Below are positions 12,945-27,120 of a stretch of 64,000 nt of DNA, piece by piece. Location of the stretch: NCBI GenBank assembly GCA_964016885.1, contig OZ024764.1, positions 868,001 through 932,000 on the forward strand. Reading direction: 5' to 3'. The position numbers and the translations under genes are program-made. Origin of the DNA: Eledone cirrhosa. Lineage: Eukaryota. Each line of letters opens with the position of its first letter. Positions within the stretch are counted from its first letter, which is position 1. The notes under the pieces were generated by a model. The model was not told the origin of the DNA, ran no database searches, and saw only the letters and a list, made by a program, of their open reading frames with translations.

Positions 12945-13540
12945 TATTATATATATGTATTATATATATATATGTGTATTATATATATATGTGTATTATA
13001 TATATATATATGTGTATTATATATATATATATATGTATTATATATATATATGTGTATTATATATATATATATGTGTATTATATATATATATATATGTATT
13101 ATATATATATATATATGTATTATATATATATATATATGTATTATATATATATATATATATATGTATTATATATATATATGTGTATTATATATATATATAT
13201 ATGTATTATATATATATGTGTATTATATATATATATGTGTATTATATATATATATATATGTATTATATATATATATATGTATTATATATATATATATGTG
13301 TATTATATATATATATGTGTATTATATATATATATGTGTATTATATATATATATATATATGTATTATATATATATATATATGTATTATATATATATATGT
13401 GTATTATATATATATATATATATGTATTATATATATATGTGTATTATATATATATATGTGTATTATATATATATATATATGTATTATATATATATATATG
13501 TATTATATATATATATATGTGTATTATATATATATATATG
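12945..13540. repeat. Interrupted (TA)n array with periodic TGTGTAT
   Basis: Directly visible. Confidence 0.95.
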
Positions 13541-13914
13541 GTAGAGTGTCGGATGCCATGCTTTGACGCATAGAGTTACGGCCCTTGCCATTCTGAGTTC
13601 AAATCCTGCCGAGGTTAACTTTGCCTTTCATCCTTACGGGGTCGATAAAATAAAGTACCAGTAATGCACTGGGTAATTGCTGGCCTTGTGCCTAAAGTAG
13701 AAACAATTATATATATGTATACACACGTATATATATAATTCATTTTTGAATTTGTTTTGCGAGATTTCTTATCTGAAAACGTGTGTTGAAACAGATATTG
13801 TTGTACTTTGGGAGGGTCATGTTGACAATAAAAACACATGCACCTGTTGGTTTTCACTTCAATTTATAAGTTTCTGGTTGGTTGGTTCGATAACCGGAAG
13901 GTTGTTTATATATT

Positions 13915-13957
13915 GTCAAAGCTCTTTCGTCACACATTCTGTGACCTCCTCAGTGAC
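13915..13957 (-). ncRNA. Minimal hammerhead motif, family D (left arm)
   Basis: Reverse complement of 14015-14057. Confidence 0.8.
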
Positions 13958-14014
13958 ACAACACAAAAAAATTGTGTAGGATAGAATAAAGAAGTGACAC
14001 AAAATAGAAATCTA

Positions 14015-14057
14015 GTCACTGAGGAGGTCACAGAATGTGTGACGAAAGAGCTTTGAC
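14015..14057 (+). ncRNA. Minimal type I hammerhead motif, family D
   Basis: GUCA-CUGAGGA-g[GUCACA gaaug UGUGAC]-GAAA-GAG-CUU|UGAC. Confidence 0.8.
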
Positions 14058-14878
14058 AATATATAAACAACTATCCAGTTATTGAACCAACCAACCAGAA
14101 AAATAATAAATTGAAGTGAAAAGCAACAGGTGTGTGTGTTTTTATTGGCAGCATGACCCTCCCAAAGTGTAATATATATATATTATTAAGAGGCGAGAAC
14201 CCAACGGCTGAGCTCTTGCAGTTTCAACAGACAGCCAGAGTTCCAGACTTGATCTCTGTCTCTCTCCCTTCCTCTCTATATTTCTGTTAGTCTGCCTCAC
14301 TCAGTCTTCGTTTCTCTCCTCTCTCTCTCTTTCCTCTCAATCTGTCCATCTTCATATTTCTCTGTCGTTCTCTCTCTCTCTACCCACTCTCTATCCTGCC
14401 CTCTCTCTGTTTATCTTTACACCCCCTCGCTCTCATCACCTAACACTCCTTTACATAAAACGGTGAGATTTAAAGGAGATTTGGCTGCTATTTCTAGCAG
14501 ATCGAACGATCACATATCTTCACCCATTACCAAACACCCCAAACCCCTCAGTCAAGTGCATTTTACAGACGTGCAAGTGGCAGACCATTCTACAGACACG
14601 TGTAACCATAACAATGGAATGTTCCTGCTGATCATTCTGTAGCAATATGAAATAAAGTGTCTTGTTTAAGGTACAACACACCACCCGGTCTGGGAATCGA
14701 ACTCACAATCTTTGGATCGTGAGCCGAATAGACTAACCTTCCCCATATATATATAGTGGAGTGGGGTCCATAACTCCTATGGGTGACCTTGAGCCAATCC
14801 TCTGCGAAACGCGCGTAACAGGTCGATATCCTATAAATATCTTTTATAAGTAAATGAGACTTCCTCTTTTTTTTTTCC

Positions 14879-14929
<51 letters not shown>

Positions 14930-15296
14930 TAATAAAATAATGAATAAACAAAGAAACAGTTCCTTATATTAAAAAAATTCATCATTTTACGATCGTTTCT
15001 AGGATATATATGTGTTAGAGTTGGTATGCATATTCAATAACACTACATATATAAATATATATATATATATAATTGGAAATCAGTAAAATCGAATCTCTGG
15101 CGGTTTGCAAGTAAATTCGGCCTACTTATATGAAATGATGAGTTAACAAAGCACTCGATAAGATAGGACCTTAGAGTTATAACATACGTTTAAATAGCTT
15201 GACAAATCGAACATTGTGGTAGGCTAAACTAACACACAATATATACCAAAGTAACGATAGAACTAATCAGATCGAGAAAAATACACCTGGACAAAT

Positions 15297-15345
<49 letters not shown>

Positions 15346-15859
15346 TATATATATAAAACGAAGTGGTAAGGAACCAGATGGACCATAACGCACCAGAGTA
15401 CTCAATACTTAGGGTAGTAGAGTGGGTAATAGGAAAATGTATGACACCGACGGCAGAGCTCAAGCCGTTTCGACGGCTATTTCCAGAAATAGCCGTCGAA
15501 ACGGCTTGAGCTCTGCCGTCGGGGTCATACATTTTCATATATATATATATATATATAATATATATATAGGTTTCAATCTTATGGATCGAATTGTGATTTT
15601 GTCCTCTGAGACAATTGCAAACAAATATATATACATATACGTTTATATATTTATGTGTGTGTGTGTGTGTGTGTGTGTGCGTATATTATATATACGAACG
15701 TTCCGGAAGGACCTGAAGGCAGCCAGCCAACATCTCTTGGCAAGGGCTCGAACAAGTTGCCGCTGATCGTGACCCTTGGCGAGTACTTACTGCTCGATGT
15801 GCCGAACGGCGTGGAGGAATCTAAGATAATGTATGTATATGTGTGAGAGAGAGGGGGGG

Positions 15860-16292
15860 GTAGAGAGGGAGAGAGAGAAATAGGTAGAGTTAGAGAGAGA
15901 GAGAGAGAAATAGGTAGAGTTAGAGAGAGAGAGAGAGAAATAGGTAGAGTTAGAGAGGGAGAGAGAGAAATAAGTAGAGTTAGAGAGAGAGAGAGAAATA
16001 GGTAGAGTTAGAGAGAGAGGGAGAGAGAAATTGTAGAGTTAGAGAGGGAGAGAGAGAAATAGGTAGAGTTAGAGAGGGAGAGAGAGAAATAGGTAGAGTT
16101 AGAGCGGGAGAGAGAGAAATAGGTAGAGTTAGAGAGAGAGAGAGAGAAATAGGTAGAGTTAGAGAGAGAGAGAGAGAAATAGATAGAATTAGAGAGGGAG
16201 AGAGAGAAATAGGTAGAGTTAGAGAGAGAGAGAGAGAGAGAGAAATAGGTAGAGTTAGAGAGGGAGAGAGAGAAATAGGTAGAGTTAGAGAG
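15860..16292. repeat. About 30-bp purine-rich minisatellite ((GA)n-AATAGGTAGAGTTA)
   Basis: About 14 units visible. Confidence 0.95.
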
Positions 16293-16657
16293 ATGGGAAG
16301 GGAGAAAGAGTATTTTACGAATGTCTTCACGACCGAGAAAAGCAGGGAAACGTGTGGAAGAAAAGCCGAAAGAACCGGTGCTTTAGAAACGAAGTCCCTT
16401 GTGATATTTGTTCTACAGGGAAGACTGAGGACAGACACTCCCTGTCACATATTTCATAGAACCGTAACTAACGACGCTCTTATTCAACAATTGTCATATA
16501 AATACAAAAATATAACCTAGTATATATATATATATATATACTAGGTTATATTTTTATATATATATATATATATACTAGGTTATATTTTTATATATATATA
16601 TATATATACTAGAACTTTTACATATATATATATATATATACACGTGTAGGTGTATAT

Positions 16658-16710
<53 letters not shown>

Positions 16711-16957
16711 GAAGGAAATGTGGTCAGGAACCAGGTGGACCGTAACGCACCAAAGTACTCAATACTTAGGGTAGTAGAGTGGGTAATAGGAACGAGTAGG
16801 ACCCCGACGGCTGAGCTCAAGTCGGGGTCCTACTCGTTCCTATATATATATATATATATCTGTTACTTACATAGAGCACTCTTTTTTCCTGGACTTTTCC
16901 GACGGAATTACTTCATTTATATATATATATATATTATATACACATGTAGGTGTATAT

Positions 16958-16998
<41 letters not shown>

Positions 16999-17164
16999 TA
17001 ACACGTGTACTCAACAAAGTACTCGATATTTAGGGTAGTAAAGTATTGCTATATTATATAGAGTTGGGACCTCGGCGGCTGAGCTGTTGCCGTTTCGTTT
17101 CCACAGCTAGTTCCAGACTCTGAAGCGGCAAGAGCTCAGCCGTCGGGTCCCAACTGTTTATAAT

Positions 17165-17199
<35 letters not shown>

Positions 17200-17231
17200 G
17201 TTGTAAGGCTGCAATAAATGCGTCCGTAGGC

Positions 17232-17287
<56 letters not shown>

Positions 17288-17994
17288 AAAATGTTCAAGA
17301 CCCCGACGGCAGAGCTCATATATATATATATATATACACACACGTGTCTGTGTTCCGGGGAAGGATGGGACCTGCACGGCTATAAATACCTAACAACTTA
17401 TGACGGGACATAATCTCTGCCACTTCATCAAGAAGGAATTTGCTGTCTATATATATATATATATAGGAAAATGTTTGACCCCGACGGCAGAGCTCAAGCC
17501 GTTTCGACGGCTATTTCTGGACTATTTCTTAGTCCAGAAATAGCCATCTCTCTCTCTCTATATATATATATAGAGAGAGAGAGAGCAAATTATATATATA
17601 TCTCTATATATATATCATGGAATATATGTGTATAACCTGATGATTTCATGCGAATGAAACAGATCTAGTCCGGTAGAAGTCATTTCTATATATATATATA
17701 TATATAATACAGATGTTTGTACTATTCCAACGTATTGAGTACTTTTCGAAACTGGTTAGCGCCAGCTACCCATCTGGAATCCACCCAGAATTATATATAT
17801 AATATAGATGGGTAGCTGGCGCTAACCAGTTTCGAAAAGTACTCAATACGTATATATAATTATATATATCGGGAATTGACTCATAATTATAGACAGACAT
17901 AGATATATGTCTGTCTGTCTATATATACACAAATATAATAAATAAAGATATCTATCTATCTATTCATGTATGTCTATCTAAAGGCAGAGGGATG

Positions 17995-18620
17995 GATAGA
18001 CAGATATATTTCTTTATTAGCCACAAGGGCGCACAAGAAAAGGGGACACTACAAAGACATGCCGGGGATTTTACATACAGTCGTGTAAAAAAAAACAAAA
18101 AAAAACAAACAATTACAACAATCGAAATCCCCAATAGGGGGGAGGCGCCACAAATGGGTTGTTTAATACCCCGTAGATAGAACAACCCTCAACTCCAGGA
18201 GTGTGTTGTGCAAGTGCTCCTTTCTTCCTTTTGCTCTCTTCTTTAACCTACAGGTTTATATACAGAGAAGGCCCAATCACTGGGGCCATTTTTGCTACAT
18301 TCACCCACCAGATAGATAGATAGACATATATATATATATGTTTATATATAGATATATAGATATGTTTCTTTATTAGCCACAGGGGCACAAAGGAAGGGGA
18401 CAAATACAAAGGGCGAAGTTTACATACAATAAAAACGTGTAAAATACTATCACAAATGCAATTTAAAAATATAGATAGATAGATAGATAGATATGTTACT
18501 TTATTAGCCACAAGGGCGTACAAGAATAGGGGACAAAACAAGGACACATGCCGGGGATTTTACATACAGTCGTGCAAAAATATGAAACAAACAATTATAA
18601 CAATCGAAATCCCCAATAGG
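17995..18620 (-). mobile_element. Cluster of short retroelement 3' ends (possibly L1/Tx1-like) in GATA repeats
   Basis: Three related ends reading CTTGTGGCTAATAAA or a near match on the minus strand, separated by (GATA)n, plus a short peptide WVNVAKMAPVIGPSLYINL*. Confidence 0.4.
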
Positions 18621-18719
18621 GAGATAGACAGATAGATCGAGAGATATATAGGAAGATGGATATATAATAAAAACAAATTTTAACTTAATTGATATATAAT
18701 ATATATATAAATACAGTGA

Positions 18720-19340
18720 AGTTATTTACGTTTTGGAGTCTGCGGTGTGTGGGTCCCTTACGGGGGCGTTTGTGGTCTGTTGATGGTAAAATCCGTCTGA
18801 ACTTCCGTCTGAACTGTCCTAGGTCCCGGGTCTCTCTCTGTTGGCGGTGGTGTGGGCCAGCTACAAACGACGGTAGGTAAACTTGTTATCCGTCCTTGGT
18901 CGGTAGAGTTCCAGTCTCTGTCTCCACGTAATCTGTATTTTGTTGTCGTCTCGTCAGCAGCCCGGGACGACAGACCGGGGGGGGGGGGGGGGAAGGAAGG
19001 AAGGAGGAAGAGAGAAAGAAGAAAACAATGCGGAAGACGAAAGAATGAAGAAAACGAAGGAAGAGAAAGAGAGAAAGAAAGAAGATGAAGCGGAAGAAAA
19101 CGAAGGAAGAGAAAGAGAGAAAGAAAGAAGATGAAGCGGAAGAAGACGAAATAATAAAGAAAGAACGAAGAAAACGAAGGAATAGAGAAGAAGAAGAAGA
19201 AGACAGACAGGAAGGAAAAAAAAGGAAAGATTTACCAAAAAAACTAAAAAGCAAAAAAAAAACAAGTTAACAGCGACACGACGTGGTTTAAGACTGGGGG
19301 GCGGGGGAGGGGGGACCAGCAGCTATGTAGCGGGGTGGGG
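18720..19340. promoter_or_regulatory. CpG-enriched unique segment with G-rich/GC-box-like tracts; candidate promoter or first exon
   Basis: High CpG density relative to the window, GGGGCGGGG near 19297-19306, and candidate minus-strand donors GTAAGG (18761) and GTAAAT (18729). Confidence 0.35.
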
Positions 19341-20159
19341 GTGGTGAAGGGAAGGGAATGGGGAAGTAGAGAGGCAGAGAGAGGGGTGATGAAGAGAGAG
19401 AGAGAGAAAGACAGAGAGAGGTGATGAAGAGAGAGGCAGAGAGATAGAGGTGATGAAGAGAGAGATAGAGAGAGAGAGAGAGTTGATGAAGAGAGAGGCA
19501 GAGATAGAGAGAGAGAGAGTGATAAAGAGAAAGAGAGAGACAGAGAGAGGTGATAAAGAGAGAGAGACAGAGGTGATAAAGAGAGAGAGAGAGAGAGAGA
19601 GGTGATAAAGAGAAAGAGAGAGACAGAGAGAGGTGATAAAGAGAGAGAGGTGATAAAGAGAAAGAGAGAGACAGAGAGAGGTGATAAAGAGAGAGAGAGA
19701 GGTGATAAAGAGAGAGAGAGTGGTGATAAAGAGAAAGAGAGAGAGAGATAGAGAGAGAGCGAGGTGATGGAGAGAAAGAGAGATAGACAAAGGAAGAAAG
19801 AGAGAGATATGTGGTAGGTGCAGGGCTCCTCATGTGGTTCTGAATGTAGATCACACTGTATGGCATGGTGTGTTGGGACAGTGTCATCTACTATGAGTGA
19901 AATTTGGCAGGCAGAAGCTGTGTAGAAGCCTGCTGTATGTGTACATATTTTAACACACTAAAATTATAATTCATCATCATCTTTTTACATCCACTTTTCC
20001 CTGCTTGCAAGGGTGGGACTGGTCCTATGCAGCACAGCATCTCTTCACTCCGTCTGTTTCAGTGATCTGAGGTCTGCTCTCACCACCTCCACCCATGTTT
20101 TTTGTGATCTTCCTTCTACTGAGATTTCTTGGCACTTCTTTACCCAACGGTCATCCTCG

Positions 20160-21995
20160 ATGTACATCACATGTCCATACCATCTCAGCCTTCCCTCCCA
20201 CACACTACAGTTTATCCTTCTTAAACACAGTTTCTCTCTCAACACATCACATGTCCATACCATCTCAGCCTTCCCTCCCACACACTACAACTTATCCCTC
20301 TTATACCCAGTTTCTCTCTCAACACATCATATGTCCATACCATCTCAGTCTTCTCTCCCACACACCACAACTTATCCCTCTTATACACAGTTTCTCTCTC
20401 AACACATCGCATGTCCATACCATCTCAGTCTTCTCTCCCACACACTACAACTTATCCCTCTTATACACAGTTTCTCTCTCAACACATCACATGTCCATAC
20501 CATCTCAGCCTTCTCTCCCACACACTACAGTTTATCCCTCTTATACAGTTTCTCTCTCAACACATCACATGTCCATACCATCTCAGTCTTCTCTCCCACA
20601 CACTACAGTTTATCCCTCTTATACACAGTTTCTCTCTCAACACATCACATGTCCATACCATCTCAGTCTTCTCTCCCACACACTACAGTTTATCCCTCTT
20701 AAACACAGTTTCTCTCTCAACACACCACATGTCCATACCATCTCAGTCTTCTCTCCCACACACTACAGTTTATCCCTCTTATACCCAGTTTCTCTCTCAA
20801 CACATCACATGTCCATACCATCTCAGTCTTCTCTCCCACATACCACAACTTATCCCTCTTATACACAGTTTCTCTCTCAACACACCACATGTCCATACCA
20901 TCCCAGTCTTCTCTCCCACACACTACAGTTTATCCCTCTTATACACAGTTTCTCTCTCAACACATCACATGTCCATACCATCTCAGCCTTCTCTCCCACA
21001 CACTACAGTTTATCCCTCTTATACAGTTTCTCTCTCAACACATCACATGTCCATACCATCTCAGTCTTCTCTCCCACACACTACAGTTTATCCCTCTTAT
21101 ACACAGTTTCTCTCTCAACACATCACATGTCCATACCCTCTCAGTCTTCTCTCCCACACACTACAGTTTATCCCTCTTAAACACAGTTTCTCTATCAACA
21201 CACCACATGTCCATACCATCTCAGTCTTCTCTCCCACACACTACAGTTTATCCCTCTTAAACACAGTTTCTCTCTCAACACATCACATGTCCATACCATC
21301 TCAGTCTTCTCTCCCACACACAACTTATTCCTCTTATACACAGTTTCTCTCTCAACACATCACATGTCCATACCATCTCAGTCTTCTCTCCCACACACTA
21401 CAGTTTATCCCTCTTAAACACAGTTTCTCTCTCAACACATCACATGTCCATACCATCTCAGTCTTCTCTCCCACACACAACTTATTCCTCTTATACACAG
21501 TTTCTCTCTCAACACATCACATGTCCATACCATCTCAGTTTTCTCTCCCACACACTACAACTTATCCCTCTTATACACAGTTTCTCTCTCAACACATCAC
21601 ATGTCCATACCATCTCAGTCTTCTCTCCCACACACCACAACTTATCCCTCTTATACCCAGTTTCTCTCTCAACACACCACATGTCCATACCAGCTCAGTC
21701 TTCTCTCCCTCACACTACAACTTATCCCTCTTATACCCAGTTTCTCTCTCAACACACCACATGTCCATACCATCTGAGTCTTCTCTCCCACACACTACAA
21801 CTTATCCCTCTTATACACAATTTCTCTCTCAACACATCACATGTCCATACCATCTCAGCCTTCCCTCCCACACACCACAACTTATCCCTCTTATACACAG
21901 TTTCTCTCTCAACTCATCACATGTCCATACCATCTCACTCTTCTCTCCCTCACACTACAACTTATCCCTCTTATACCCAGTTTCTCTCTCAACTC
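20160..21995. repeat. 60-bp satellite (about 30 copies) amplified from inside an RTE LINE 3' region
   Basis: The unit encodes RRLRWYGHV-like sequence on the minus strand, and unamplified LINE sequence continues on both sides (19975-20160, 21995-22155). Confidence 0.9.
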
Positions 21996-22226
21996 ATCTA
22001 TGCTTGGTCATTCACGCACATTGACATTACACATCCAACGGAGCATACTTGCTTCATTTCTCTCCAGCCGTCACATATCCTCCACAGTTGCTGCCCATGT
22101 CTCACTACAATGCAGCATCACACACCTCATACAGGCATCATATAACCAGCCTTTTGTTCGTAGGATTTCCAGAAATTGACAGAATAAAATATCTAACTAT
22201 ATGTAAAAGAAACTTCATCGTTCTTA

Positions 22227-22690
22227 TTGGCCTAGTGATAAGGGTGTTGGACTTACGATCATAATGTTGTGAGTTCGATTCCTGGGTTGTGTGTTGTGTT
22301 CTTGAGCAAAACACTTCATTTCACGTTGCTCCAGTATACTCAGTTGAATATGAGTACCAGTAATAGCTGGAGGTTTAACCCTGTGATAGACTGGTGTCCT
22401 GTCCAGGAGGGAGTCTTGTACTCTCAGTCACTTCACGCCATGAAACTGGGATAAGTACCAGTAATAGCTGGGGGTTTAACCCTGTGATGGACTGGTGTCC
22501 TGTCCAGGAGGAGTCTTGTACTCTCAGTCACTTCACACCATGAAACTGGGATAAGTACCAGTAATAGCTGGGGGTTTAACCCTGTGGTGGACTGGTGTCC
22601 TGTCTAGGAGGGAGTCTTGTACTCTCAGTCACATCACACCATGAAACTGGGATAAGTACCGGCCAAATGACCCTTCTGGCTTAAGACAGA
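22227..22690 (+). mobile_element. Related tRNA/CORE-like SINE with a triplicated 99-bp internal segment
   Basis: TGGCCTAGTGA A box, GAGTTCGATTC B box, and three GTACCAGTAATAGCTGG... units. Confidence 0.75.
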
Positions 22691-22705
22691 CTTTAGACTT
22701 TATAT

Positions 22706-22736
<31 letters not shown>

Positions 22737-23651
22737 CATATATATGATAAAAGCCGACCTTACCCAACTACACCTCTCAAAGGCAATGACACACGACCGT
22801 GACTTCTGGCGTCACGCAGTAATACAGAGTACCCGACCTCCCATGGGTACAAGCTGAAGCATATAGACAATATGCCCCCACACCCCCCACCGCAAGGTGG
22901 TCGTGGAGGTGCCACGGCAAAAAAGCACCCAGCCCACACTGTAAAGTAGACGTGTAGGCGCCACGAAAAAACACCCAGCACTCACTGTAAATGAGGTTGG
23001 TGTTAGGAAGGGCATCCAGCTGTAGAAATCAAGCCAGATCAGTTCCTGTATGAGCAAGGCATGGTCAGCCGACCAGACACTGCTCACAACAGGACAACCC
23101 GTCTAACCCATGCTAGCGTGGAAGAACGGACGTAAAACGGTGATGATGATGATGATGATATATATATATATATATATACATATATACATATATATATATG
23201 CATATAGTAATAATAATAAATTTGAAGACGAAAATCCAAAGAGGGCTCGATAAGGATAAATATATATCAAATAGAACCCCCAGCATCCGTCGTCCCGCCA
23301 CTTGTGACCCCAGTTATTCACTGAATTTTCCTAAGAACCTAACCAATAATTGTTCCTAGAAACCACCAAATATTCGCGGAATTGTAAATATCTTCCGTGA
23401 CTTTTTTATGGCTTTTTTCGTAGCAATATATATATTTAACACTAACTTATCAACAACAATATACCGTATTTGCTGGCCTATTGGACGCCCTTCGTATAAG
23501 ACTCTCCCTATTTTTTAATTATGTTTTACGTTGTATTTTGACATTTATAGGCATTTTTATGGACCACGTCCAATGTTTGTCGATTTTCACTTTTACATAA
23601 CCCCCGTGAATACCGGGGGGACAACTGTATATATATATATAAATATATATA

Positions 23652-23995
23652 TGGAGGCACATGGCTTAGTGGTTAGAGCATTGGCCTTGCAATCGAAAGG
23701 TTGTGAGTTCAATTCTCAGACCGGGTGATGTGTTGTTTCCTTGAGCAAGATACTTTATTTCACATTGCTCCAGTTTACTCAGCTGTAGAAATAAGATGAT
23801 AGGGGCTGGGGTCCCTATCATTCCACTGCAAAGTGGTCGTGGAGGTGCCACGACAAAAAAGCACCCAGCACTCACTGTAAATGAGGTTGGTGTTAGGAAG
23901 GGCATCCAGCTGTAGAAATGAAGCCAGAATCAGTTCCCATCCTACCCTTGCAAGCAGGGAAAAGTGGACGTAAAATGATGCTGATGATGATGATA
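23652..23995 (+). mobile_element. SINE-A copy
   Basis: Full match to the family. Confidence 0.85.
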
Positions 23996-24039
23996 TGTAT
24001 GTGTAAGAGTGTACATATATATATATATATATATAGTTC

Positions 24040-24856
24040 TTTACAAGAAGCCAGAGAAGATTATGAATGTAGGCGGGAAGCCGGTAGAGTTGGTTGAGGA
24101 CTTCCTGTATCTGGGAGCAAAGATTGGGAACATAGAGGATGATGTGGTGGAGAGAAAGATCAAAGCCTGGCGGCGTGCCATAGTTTGGGATCAGTGTGGA
24201 AGTTGGATCTTCGTAAAGACCTGAAGATCCATATCTTCGTTGCTGTAGTGGAGTCTGTGCTGCCGTACGGGTCTGAGACTTGGACACTGACCAAGAAACT
24301 CACTCAGATGGTGGATGGGTGCTACACGAGAATGCTGAGGATGGCTCTGAACATTAATCAGTATACACTGAGGATGAAGAACTCAGAGCTGTAGGGGAGC
24401 CTCCCAAAAGTCAGCTCAAAAGGGACACAGAGGAGACTGAGGTTAGCTGGACATGCTCACCGACATCCAGAGTTGACATTGCACTCAGTGCTCCTGTGGG
24501 AGCCCCTGCATTGACACACTAGAAGAGAGAGACTGAGGTTAACTGGACATGTTCACCAACATCCAGAGTTGACACTGCACTCAGTGCTCCTGTGGGAGCC
24601 CCTACATGGACACACTAGAAGAGGGAGACTGAGGTTAGCTGGACATGCTCACCGACATCCAGAGTTGACACTGCACTCAGTGCTCCTGTGGGAGCCCCTA
24701 CATGGACACACTGGAAGAGGGAGACCGAGGTTGACATATGTTGATGCTCTAAGGACAGACACTGGTCTGTTGGAGACGAAGGACATGGCAGCGATAATGA
24801 GGGACAGAGACTGCTGGAGAGAACTCGTCCATGGATCTCAGGAATTTTACCACCCT
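24040..24856 (+). mobile_element. RTE LINE 3' fragment, same family as 4159-5024, with a triplicated 81-bp segment
   Basis: Same peptides (FLYLGAKIG, YGSETWTLTK, RLRLAGH) with a frameshift and a stop. Confidence 0.9.
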
Positions 24857-24863
24857 ATATATA

Positions 24864-24968
24864 TGATGATTTGATCAGACACACACTGTATTTAAGGTCA
24901 AGTGACGCAACTTTGAGTGATCAGCGGCCTTTAGACTCACCTAATCAATGAAACAATTGTTAATACTG
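24864..24968 (+). ncRNA. 5'-truncated hammerhead motif, family M
   Basis: (TA)n-UGAUGA-u[UUGAUcAG...CUaAUCAA]u-GAAA-CAAUU-GUU|. Helix III (ACAAUUGU) is palindromic; C3 and the 5' strand of helix I are missing. Confidence 0.6.
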
Positions 24969-25961
24969 CAAATAAAACCCTTTTGTACAGCCGACCATGT
25001 TATTCTTCACTCTTTCACTATATATATATATATATATATATAAAAGCCGACCTTAACCAATTACACCTCTCAATTACACCTCTGGCGTCACGCAGTAATA
25101 CAGAGTACCCGACCTCCCATGGGTACATGCTGAAGCATATAAACAATATGCCCCCACACCCCCGTCCGCAAGGTGGTCGTGGAGGTGCCACGGCAAAAAA
25201 GCACCCAGCCCACACTGTAAAGTGGACGTGTAGGCGCCACAAAAAAGCACCCAGCACTCACTGTAAATGAGGTTGGTGTTAGGAAGGGCATCCAGCTGTA
25301 GAAATCAAGCCAAATCAGTTCCTGTATGAGCAAGGCATGGTCAGCCGACCAGACACTGCCCACAACAGGACAACCCGTCTAACCCATGCTAGCGTGGAAG
25401 AACGGACGTAAAACGTGATGATGGTATATATATAATTGTTTCTACTTTAGGCACAAGGCCAGCAATTACCCAGTGCATTACCGGTACTTTATTTTATCGA
25501 CCCCGTAAGGATGAAAGGCAAAGTCAACCTCGGCGGGATTTGAACTCAGATCGTAAAGGGACGTAACTATGTTTAATATAGAATTTGATAAATTCCGACC
25601 TTACACATTTACACCTCTCTAAGACAATGTCACTGGACCGAGATCTTTGGCGCCACGTTAAACGATGATGATGATGATAGAAATGGCTTTTACAGGACTA
25701 GAACTGTCCTTGTAAAAGGGTTAATTATATGTTTTCTGGTGGTGTGAGGGGACCACTAGAGGTCATTGGTCAAGAGATTTTAAAGAAGAGATTCTTTGAT
25801 AAAACTATCTTTAGAAATGCACACAGTAGCACAAATATATATGACTTGGTCTATGTACACCTGTCAAGCCCTTGCTAGCAGGGAAAGAAGACTTTAAAAT
25901 GACAATGATGATCTATACAATAAAAGCACCCAGTACACTCTGTAAAGTGGTTGCGGTTATG

Positions 25962-26413
25962 AAGGTTCTCTGGCTACAATCAGAGTGACAAGATCAGGGA
26001 ATATAAAAGGAGCCAGAACCAAGCGGGCAAAGATTGTAGAAAATTATGCAAATGGGACTTGCCCCGTGTATAGGAGCAAATTTGGGAACAGAATAGAAAG
26101 GATTAGGAATAAGGCAAATAAAATCAACTCATGGTATGATAACAATAAATACCAGAGTGTAATATTCATCAAATCAACCTCTAGAGGTGAAATAGCTTAT
26201 AGATTTAGACCTTAGACAAGCTCAAATTAAATATTAAGATAGTTGAAAGACCAGGTATTCCCATAAAAACCCTAATTAGCAAAACATACCCATTTCAAAG
26301 AAACCCCTGTGCTGATAGGAAATGCACAGTCTGCAAGCTAAGCCTGCAAATTAACTGCAAAACTAGGAACGTAGTCTATAGCATGAGATGTACTGAGGGA
26401 CTGTGTAGGAATG
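25962..26413 (+). mobile_element. Degenerate Penelope-like element ORF fragment (thumb, Cys linker, start of GIY-YIG endonuclease)
   Basis: Across frameshifts: RFSGYNQSDK..., PVYRS...WYDNNKYQSVIFIKST, then IKIVERPG...PCADRKCTVC...NCKTRNVVYSMRC (Cx4CxxC plus VVY). Confidence 0.8.
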
Positions 26414-26742
26414 ACCTTCGCAATATCTGTTTCACAGGTTTTCAGATTAGAAATCTTGCAAAATAAATTCCAAAACAAGTATATATATCACCTTGACCGA
26501 CCAGTCTGTCGGGCACCAATCAGCGCCGCTGGTCGCAGCACATCGTGCTGTCTTAGCCATAAAATATCGCCATCCCACTGGCTGGGCGGGCAGGCCGGTA
26601 CTCATTTCTACAGCTGAGTAAACTGGAGCAACGTGAAATAAAGTGTCTTGAGCAAGGAAACAACACATCATCCGGTCTGAGAATTGAACTCACAACCTTT
26701 CGATTGCAAGGCCAATGCTCTAACCACTAAGCCATGCGCCTT

Positions 26743-26837
<95 letters not shown>

Positions 26838-26987
26838 TGTGTTTATATATATATATCATGTTTATTTTTATTTTTATTATGCTTTTATATTTAATTTCAT
26901 TTCTACCATTTCCTCTCACCCTCTTTTTTCTATATGTCTCTCCACCACTCCCCTACACACCCTTGGAACTCTCTTCCCACACACTTT

Positions 26988-27022
26988 TCACCTGAAGAAG
27001 GGCTTATGCCCGAAACGTCGTT
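26988..27022 (+). ncRNA. Minimal hammerhead motif, family G
   Basis: CUGAAGA-a[GGGC uuau GCCC]-GAAAC-GUC|, with only 2 bp of helix I visible. It sits in a repeat of about 250 bp (26857-27108) that recurs at 46010-46260. Confidence 0.65.
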
Positions 27023-27120
27023 CCCCAACACCACCCCACTCTCAGGAGCGTGAAACTAATAAACCTTTGTTCGTACTGCCTCTGTTTTGTTCCCGTTCAA
27101 TTTTTTACTATATATATATA

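Noticed and set aside
16385-16450. Permuted (type II) hammerhead: GAAAC-gaa-GTC...CTGAGGA
   Set aside because: There is a 4-nt spacer before the core and no helix II pairing.
20013-22179. Overlapping 230-540 aa ORFs
   Set aside because: They are the antisense reading of a 60-bp LINE-derived satellite.
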